Assembly: GCA_964016885.1 (NCBI GenBank)
Contig: OZ024742.1
Span: 78,492,001-78,556,000 of the forward strand
DNA from: Eledone cirrhosa
Taxonomy: Eukaryota
Reading direction: 5' to 3'
DNA: 64,000 bases
Shown here: in pieces, positions 56,774-64,000 of the stretch
How the letters are laid out: the number at the start of each line of letters is the position of its first letter
Position numbering within the stretch: the stretch's first letter is position 1
Translations under genes and position numbers: made by a program
The notes under the pieces: generated by a model
The model's input: the letters and a program-made list of their open reading frames with translations, nothing else
Databases searched by the model: none
What the model was told of the DNA's origin: nothing

Positions 56774-58036
56774 CTAGTGAGCCAAGCTGCTTTGAGTCCG
56801 CATACTTTGGGAAACTATAGGGTAGGACACCAAGGGAGAATTCTGTGCAGACAGGGGTAAGCTTTGGTGGGGCGTTCGTTGCGCAAGGCTAACTGGGGGT
56901 GGCAAGTTCTGCTGAAGAGACGCTGGGGTGAGAGAGACGGCTGAAATGTTACTTTGTGGTAGTGAGACAGGCACTATTGTGGGGGGGTTAATCGTGACTG
57001 AAGGACTTAAAGATTGCGCCGACAGGCTGCACTGCGCTTGTGGAGGTGGGCCAAGCTGTTCTCTCGCGATGCGCTGCTGCAAAGCGTGCTGGGAAACTAA
57101 GTCATTGTTCATAGCTATTTGCTGCGCCAGGCTGTTATTTATATGGTTCAGTTGCTGTTGGCTCGGCGTTGGGGCAACTCCTCCAGTTGCTACCCCCGCC
57201 GCCGCAAGACTTTGACTAACTGATAGCGCTTGACTCACAGGTACATTAATTGTTTGAACATGGTTTGATTTGCTAACGCGGTAGCGGGCATTTTGCTCAA
57301 GCAGAACTTCATTGGCTGCAGTCAAATCTGCAACCTGCTTCTTCATCTCTTCCACTTTGCGTCTTAACATGTTGTTCTCCTCATCCAGTAGTTGGTAGCT
57401 AAGTGGACGAATTGTTGTGTAGCGAGCTTCAAATGATGATGTGAATCCATCGAGATCTGCACGTCTGCGTTTCAGTGCACTATGTCCATAATCAAATCTG
57501 TTGTCAAAACGATCAAAGTCATCTTCTGCTGGGTCATAGGAGTTTTGAGTTTGATGATTGGGGCGATGATCAGTGGTTGATTTTCTTAATTCGTATTCAT
57601 ATTCTGCAACGGATAGATGTCGGAACTTGCACTTTGCTCCTCGTTTGCACTCGCCTTTCAAGAAGTCTTTGCAAATTGGAATCTCACCTTTCAGTAATGG
57701 AAGTTCATGAGGTGCAACGCCAATACCAAGAGCTGCAGCCTGTTGCAATCGTACTGGAAGCTGTGCAGTTTGCTTATAGTACTCCTCCTCTTCACGAGTG
57801 CAATGGAGAAATTTGCAGTTGAGGCGACGACATCTAGTGTTTTGATAGTCATGACAGAATGTATACTCATGTTGCTTCCCCAACTCTTTTGCTTCACCAG
57901 CTTCAGGATGCCTGTATCTGCAGTGCTTGCCACGCCTGCAAACATTGCGCAAGAAGTCTCTGCAAATATCATCTCCTTTGCCATTTAATTTCTCATATTT
58001 ATCCTCACTTCCGCTCTCACTGTTTCGGTCTGACAT
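56774..58036 (-). CDS. ZC3H10: Zinc finger CCCH domain-containing protein 10; single coding exon, about 420 aa
   Basis: Uninterrupted ORF with three CCCH fingers (CRDFLRNVCRRGKHCRYRH, CHDYQNTRCRRLNCKFLH, CKDFLKGECKRGAKCKFRH), a coiled coil (LLDEENNMLRRKVEEMKKQVADLTAANEVLLEQNARYR) and a Q/P/S-rich tail ending LVSYPI. Start placed at MSDR (58036; ACCATG context, resembles the vertebrate MPDR N-terminus as recalled). An upstream in-frame ATG at 58081 is an alternative. Confidence 0.92.
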   Translation of the reverse strand: MSDRNSESGSEDKYEKLNGKGDDICRDFLRNVCRRGKHCRYRHPEAGEAKELGKQHEYTFCHDYQNTRCRRLNCKFLHCTREEEEYYKQTAQLPVRLQQAAALGIGVAPHELPLLKGEIPICKDFLKGECKRGAKCKFRHLSVAEYEYELRKSTTDHRPNHQTQNSYDPAEDDFDRFDNRFDYGHSALKRRRADLDGFTSSFEARYTTIRPLSYQLLDEENNMLRRKVEEMKKQVADLTAANEVLLEQNARYRVSKSNHVQTINVPVSQALSVSQSLAAAGVATGGVAPTPSQQQLNHINNSLAQQIAMNNDLVSQHALQQRIAREQLGPPPQAQCSLSAQSLSPSVTINPPTIVPVSLPQSNISAVSLTPASLQQNLPPPVSLAQRTPHQSLPLSAQNSPLVSYPIVSQSMRTQSSLAH

Positions 58037-58257
58037 GGTGTGTGTCAAAAATGCAGTGTTGGACGGTAACCCTCGAGTCATGCAAGTAGATTTTGCGTAG
58101 CTGCTCTTCGTGTCTATTGGGTCAGATTCAGTTTGATATTATAATGCTTGTAGCAATTGTGTAGTGATCAAAGTCTTATTGTGGCTGCTATTGTTTATTT
58201 TTTTGATTTTCCTTTGAATATTTTTGTGTAAACTATAGCAGTAAATGTCAATATTTT

Positions 58258-58292
<35 letters not shown>

Positions 58293-58726
58293 TTCTCCTA
58301 TATTTCTTTAAAACTATTTATATTTTCAATTTTTTTATTATTTTTACTTGATCATTTATTTATCATTTTCAAATTGGGGTTGATGCGCTTTAGAAACACT
58401 TCGTTCATCTTACAAGTTATATTTTGCATTGTATATATATTTATATGTATATATAAATATATATATAAATATATATATATATGTATATATATATATATGT
58501 ATATGTATATATATGTGTGTATATATATATAGATAGATATAGATATATGGATATATATTTCTTTCAGAGGTTTTTTTTTCGCTTTTTCTCTTAGTTATTT
58601 CATCGCAAGGAATTGTAAAAAAAAAATAAGGAGAGCAAAAGAAAACTCCTGCAGCCGCAGGGATGAATGCAAGGTCGCCAAATCAACTTAGCCTGACTTC
58701 AGAATAAACCTGCAGCGTTCATGAGA

Positions 58727-58756
58727 CTGAAAATAGAAAGACAAAATTATGTTAAA
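58727..58756 (-). promoter_or_regulatory. Candidate splice acceptor opening the ZC3H10 coding exon
   Basis: Minus strand reads tttaacataattttgtctttctattttcAG|tctcatg: a polypyrimidine tract plus CAG about 690 nt upstream of the ATG. Confidence 0.5.
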
Positions 58757-59392
58757 TATCTGTGGGATATCAGCACCACTCAGTAAGAGCACAGCATACC
58801 ATTCCTATGAAAAATTAAACATATACACAAACAAAAAAATAAAATTCAAAGAAAATAAATAAGAAATTATAAATCTTATCCATTGAAAAATGTAAATAAA
58901 GAATTGGAAGGTATACTATGTATACTAACATATTTATGCATGCATAAATATGTTATATACATATATGCAATATGTGTATATATATAAAGATATATATATA
59001 TATACATACATTTATGTACAAACACACACACATATATATATAAATAAATATAAACATGCCCCTCCCCCATATATATATGTATATGTGTGTGTATATATAT
59101 ATATATATACAATATGTAAATATCTATACTTGAAACAATATACACAAAACGTGTAGGTATTAACAAGTAAAGTAGGCATTAAAGGAAGATAATATACATC
59201 TACTCATATTTCTCTCTCTCTCTCTCTATATATATATAAGCTTATAGTATACAGATATGTGTGTATGTATATATAATTACACACACAGATATATATATAT
59301 GAATAACATAAGAATTTCATTTCTCGCTCTGATACATAAAAGTAAGTATGCATATGTAGATATATATATACACACATATTTTTATATATATA

Positions 59393-59739
59393 TCATCATC
59401 ATCATCATCATTTCATTTTACGTCCGATTTTTCCCTGCTTGCAAGGGTGGGACGGGAACTGATGCTGGCTTGATTTCTACAGCTGGATGCCCTTCCTAAC
59501 ACCAACCTCATTTACAGTGAGTGCTGGGTGCTTTTTTGCCATGGCACCTCCACGACCACTTTGCAGTGGAATGATAGGGACCCCAGTCCCTATCATCTCA
59601 TTTCTACAGCTGAGTAAACTGGAGCAATGTGAAATATAGTGTCTTGCTCAAGGAAACAACACATCACCCGGTCTAAGAATTGAACTCACAACCTTTCGAT
59701 TGCAAGGCCAATGCTCTAACCACTAAGCCATGTGCCTCC

Positions 59740-59740
<1 letters not shown>
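59393..59740 (-). mobile_element. SINE family B, full length
   Basis: Near-identical to 5722-6064. Confidence 0.88.
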
Positions 59741-59794
<54 letters not shown>

Positions 59795-59798
<4 letters not shown>

Positions 59799-60069
59799 CC
59801 CAACCGACTACCCCTACTCCATCCTCCCACTTCCACCCACACCACCCTTTCTCTGTAAAGTGGTTGTGTAGGAGACACGGTAAAAAGGCTCCCAGTCCAT
59901 ACTGTAAATGTGGTTGGTGTTAGGAAGGGCATCCAGCCGTAGAAAACCTGTCACATACAGTCCTATACGAGCGAGACATGGTCACCCAACCAATCTTCCC
60001 TCAAGTGGGACAATTCCTGTCTAACCCATGTTAGCGTGGAAGATAGATGTTGAACAATGATGATGATGA
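59795..60069 (+). mobile_element. RTE 3'-UTR-only copy
   Basis: Similar to 9640-9980; ends in (GAT)n. Confidence 0.8.
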
Positions 60070-60225
60070 TACACACACACATATATACATATACATATGT
60101 ACGTATGAGTTATATTGAACCTTGATAATAATGTTTGGTTTGTTAGTAAACAAACGAGCCCGATTAGAAGCTGTGCCACGCCGGTGACCGATCGTCACAT
60201 GTTTGTTCAACACTGGCTTTGGGGA

Positions 60226-60268
60226 ACAATCAACATGTTTCTGGGCCATTACCCTTCATCAGGACTGT
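60226..60268 (-). ncRNA. Very small (43 nt) type I hammerhead ribozyme
   Basis: acagtc CTGATGA a-gggt-aatg-gccc-a GAAA catg TT gattgt: stem I 6 bp, palindromic stem III. Confidence 0.75.
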
Positions 60269-60389
60269 ATACGTCTCTGCCAATGTGTACATATGTATAT
60301 GTATATATGAGTGTGTGTATGAATGCATACTTACTATTATATATATGTGTATATATATATATATATGTATGTATATATATATATATATG

Positions 60390-60426
<37 letters not shown>

Positions 60427-60429
<3 letters not shown>

Positions 60430-60619
60430 TTCATTTCATTTCATTTTACGTCCGCTTTTCCCTGCTTGCAAGGGTCAGACAGGAACTGATTCTGGCTTGA
60501 TTTCTACAGCTGAGTAAACTGGAGCAGTGTGAAATAAAGTGTCTTGCTCAAGGAAACAACACATCACCTGGTCTGAGAATTGAACTCACAACCTTTCGAT
60601 TGCAAGGCCATGTGCCTCC
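60427..60619 (-). mobile_element. SINE family B, internally deleted copy
   Basis: Same sequence with two internal deletions between short direct repeats. Confidence 0.8.
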
Positions 60620-61037
60620 ATATATATATACACACACATAACTACATATACATATATTTGAGTGTTTGTATAAATATACTTCATTTTGATCACCATAGCC
60701 ATTAATTTGCTAGAACAGCATGTTTAGAAATTAATGGTTGATGTTTTTAACCCTGTTGTTGCTATGGCTGGACTTAAGCTACTGGGTCCTATACCTAAGT
60801 GGGCTCCACATTTGTGTAATCTATTGGCTCATCAAGTAGACACAACACATTGCAATATATAACATTTAATTGGCACTTCATCTCCTAAGGCAACCCTGTT
60901 CATTGCCTTATCTCTAACAAAAATATACTGCCTTTGTGTTTTAATTTTTCGGGTATCAATAATTATGAGAAGTTTTAAGGAATTAAATTTCAATTCAAAA
61001 ATAAAGGACAAACCCATGTTAGCATAGATAATGGACA

Positions 61038-61256
61038 TTAACCCTTTACTATTTACATTATACTATATTTACTATTGTATTTTCACAGTAAAGGCTTTAC
61101 CTTACATAATTATTTCACATAATATCGAATCTACGAGATTTTGATGTTATTTATTTTGAGAACAATACCTTAATGTAGGTATGAGGGGCCAGTTTGAACA
61201 GAAAGGGTTGAGAGAGTTCAGGCCGGATATGGCTGGTTTAAATGCTAAAGAGTTAA
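61038..61256 (-). mobile_element. TTAA MITE, copy 4 (more diverged)
   Basis: ttaaccctttac...gctaaagagttaa with the shared core ttttgagaacaataccttaa. Confidence 0.75.
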
Positions 61257-62001
61257 ATGATGATGATGAAATAGTTAACTATTGGAAGCCAATATTATCT
61301 ACTTGTATAATGTAAAAATGATATTTAATCCAAAGATTGAAATTAAAATTAATTGTATACTCCTTTTAATAGTTATGAAAATGAAATAGTTTGTTTTTAA
61401 ATGAAAATGGTAAATTTAATCTAATTAAACTAGTAATATTTTATGTAGAGTTTATTTTCTGAAAATAATCACAAAGGACAGTTTTGTCCAAACTTTATCC
61501 TGGTAACCTACACTGTTCAAAATGATTAGCAATAAAAATAAGAAAAAGAGCTACTTATTGCTAAATTATGATAAATAATGGTAAATAGATCCAGTTTCAG
61601 CTGCGCTTGTACTTAAAGGATTAAATCTTGTTTTTGCATATCAACTGAAGTGCAACTTATTCCACTGATCACCTGTTGTTAAACAGCGAAGTCATAGGAC
61701 ATAATCATAGGTATAAGAACACACAAACATTTATGAATATATATACATAAATATATGATGAACCTCTGCAGTTTCCATCTACTAACCTTCACTTACAAGG
61801 TATTTATTAACCTCAGGCTGTAGTAGAAGACACTTGCCCTGTAAGGCATGCAGTGTGAGTGAACCTAAAGTCACATGATTGAAATTCAAATTCCTTACCC
61901 ACACAGACATGTCTGTGCATATGTATTGAAATCAAAACCATTTAGTGTTCACTTTCTCTGTCACCAAAGGTATATACACACACACACACATCATATGTGT
62001 G

Positions 62002-62036
<35 letters not shown>

Positions 62037-62320
62037 GTATTTATATATATATATATCAAAGGTATATAGTGAGTTAGAAACTCAAAATAGTCTCTTACAA
62101 TAAAATAGCTCTAGGAAAGAGATTTTCCCAAGCCGTATATTATAATTGAATATAAAAGAGAGATAAACATAGATATATACATATATGTGTTCAAATCGTA
62201 AGGGACCAGATTCGCTAAGGTGAAAAAAATACTAACTATGTATATAAAACATGCAAAGTTATAGATGTTAAAGAGTCCTTTATCAATAAAACTGTGATAC
62301 ATATTTCAATGACCATCATG

Positions 62321-62675
62321 GAGGCACATGGAGGCACATGGCTTAGGGGTTAGAGCATTGGCCTTGCAATCGAAAGGTTGTGAGTTCAATTCTCAGACCG
62401 GGTGATGTGTTGTTTCCTTGAGCAAGACACTTTATTTCACATTGCTCCAGTTTACTCAGCTGTAGAAATGAGATGATAGGGACTAGGGTCCATATCATTC
62501 CACTGCAAAGTGGTCGTGGAGGTGCCACGACAAAAAAGCACCCAGCACTCACTATAAATGAGGTTGGTGTTAGGAAGGGCATCCAGCTGTAGAAATCAAG
62601 CCAGCATCAATTCCCGTCCCACCCTTGCAAGCAGGGAAAAGTGGACGTAAAATGAAATGATGATGATGATGATGA
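62321..62675 (+). mobile_element. tRNA-derived SINE with CORE-like centre and RTE-like tail (family B), full length
   Basis: A-box-like tggcttagggg, B-box gttcaattc, centre ccttgagcaagacactt, 3' block shared with the RTE 3' UTR, (GAT)n tail, 7-bp TSD atcatgg (62315-62321 / 62675-62681). Confidence 0.88.
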
Positions 62676-62855
62676 TCATGGTCACTTGATTATGTAACCA
62701 TTTTCTTGATCTCGTCAGACAGCAACATTGAGTAAATGGTTACATTTCTGAAGCAGTCCAAGATGCAAGGGAATGGACAAAAAATTACGTTTTTGTTGGG
62801 GTTGCGTAGGTACAGAGGTGGAGGAAGTTGACGAGGTAACCTTTTACTCAATGTT

Positions 62856-62928
62856 GCTCTCTGATGAGATCACGAGAATGTTTAAATAATCAAGTGACCA
62901 TGATCATCATTGAAATATGTATCACAGC
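62856..62928 (+). ncRNA. Type I hammerhead with extended stem II (inverted partner at 62291-62723 split by a SINE)
   Basis: gctct CTGATGA [44 nt, partly paired] GAAA tatgta TC acagc. The partner reads gctgt CTGACGA ... GAAA tatgta TC acagt. Confidence 0.6.
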
Positions 62929-63149
62929 TTTATTAATAAAGGACTCTTTAACATCTAAAACTTCGCAATTTCCTCAATCTAATTATACTCTGTCATTCTT
63001 ATTTTGAAGAAGTAACATGATGAGTGCTTGAATTGAATTGCATCTATGTCTACTGTAAATATATATATGTGTGTGTGTGTTTAATTAAATAGCTCTGTAC
63101 AATACATAGAGCACTCTTCTTTCCTTTATCTTTTCTATGGAAATACTTA

Positions 63150-63200
<51 letters not shown>

Positions 63201-64000
63201 CGTCTAACCCATGCTAGCGTGGAAGATGGACGCTAAATGAAGATGATGATATATAAATGTGTGTGTGTGTGTTAAGTATTTCCGTAGAAAGGATAAAGGA
63301 AAGAAGAGTGCTCTATGTATTGTACAGAGCTATTTAATTACACACACACAGCTTTTGTTTTGCAAACACCTTCACAGATGTGACATTTGTACTGTTTGTT
63401 TCCTGGCATTACCGGCTTCGATGTGTCTTCATGCATTTCTACCATGTCTGGTCAGTCGACCAGCTGACTTGCAAATTAACCCACACTCATTGCAAATGTG
63501 TCACAGAGGGTGAGCTAGTAGAAGGATCTCACAAGTGACTCAATCTTTCCCTGGTTTGTGTGATTCATTTTATCTTTTTTTCCCTGCAGTTGATACAGCT
63601 CTCAATCATGTTGCATCTGCTTGTCATACATTCATATACATACATGTATATAAAAATACAGGCATAAATATATATATAATTAATATTATTATTTTATCAT
63701 CATTATTATTATTATTATTATTATTATGATGATGTAAAATTGACTCTCACAAAGCAACTGGACCCTTTCAAAAAGTTGTTATATATATGGATACATGTGT
63801 ATGTGTGTGTGTGTAAACCAGAGAAAGAAAAATGCAAAATCAATAACAAAAGTAATGTGATCTAATTTAATGGTAGCTGAAACTTCATAAATCTTTACTA
63901 CAAAGTGTTATTTTTTTCTTTTGTCAATCTTAGGAAGATGATGCAAAAACAGTGCATAATATTGGTTATAAAATGACCATTCAGTAAAAATATATCAATA

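Noticed and set aside
62321-62400. tRNA gene
   Set aside because: It is a SINE head: no complete cloverleaf, and it is followed by a SINE body and tail.

Overview
AT-rich, repeat-dominated animal genomic DNA. The SINE/LINE repertoire and very long (TA)n tracts suggest an octopod cephalopod, which is an inference. There is one clear host gene, a single-coding-exon ZC3H10 on the minus strand (about 56.8-58.0 kb). The rest is mainly (TA)n microsatellite (the source of nearly all the 'IYIY' ORFs), RTE LINEs, tRNA-derived SINEs, TTAA-flanked MITEs, mariner relics, a Penelope GIY-YIG fragment, a 33-copy 68-bp minisatellite and a 200-N gap. The most notable pattern not visible in the ORF track is a set of at least seven distinct minimal type-I hammerhead ribozyme loci with tiny, mostly self-complementary stem III. 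Most lie in fold-back (inverted-repeat) cassettes next to (TA)n. In all four inverted pairs examined, exactly one ribozyme copy is damaged. All structures were folded by eye; no searches were run.
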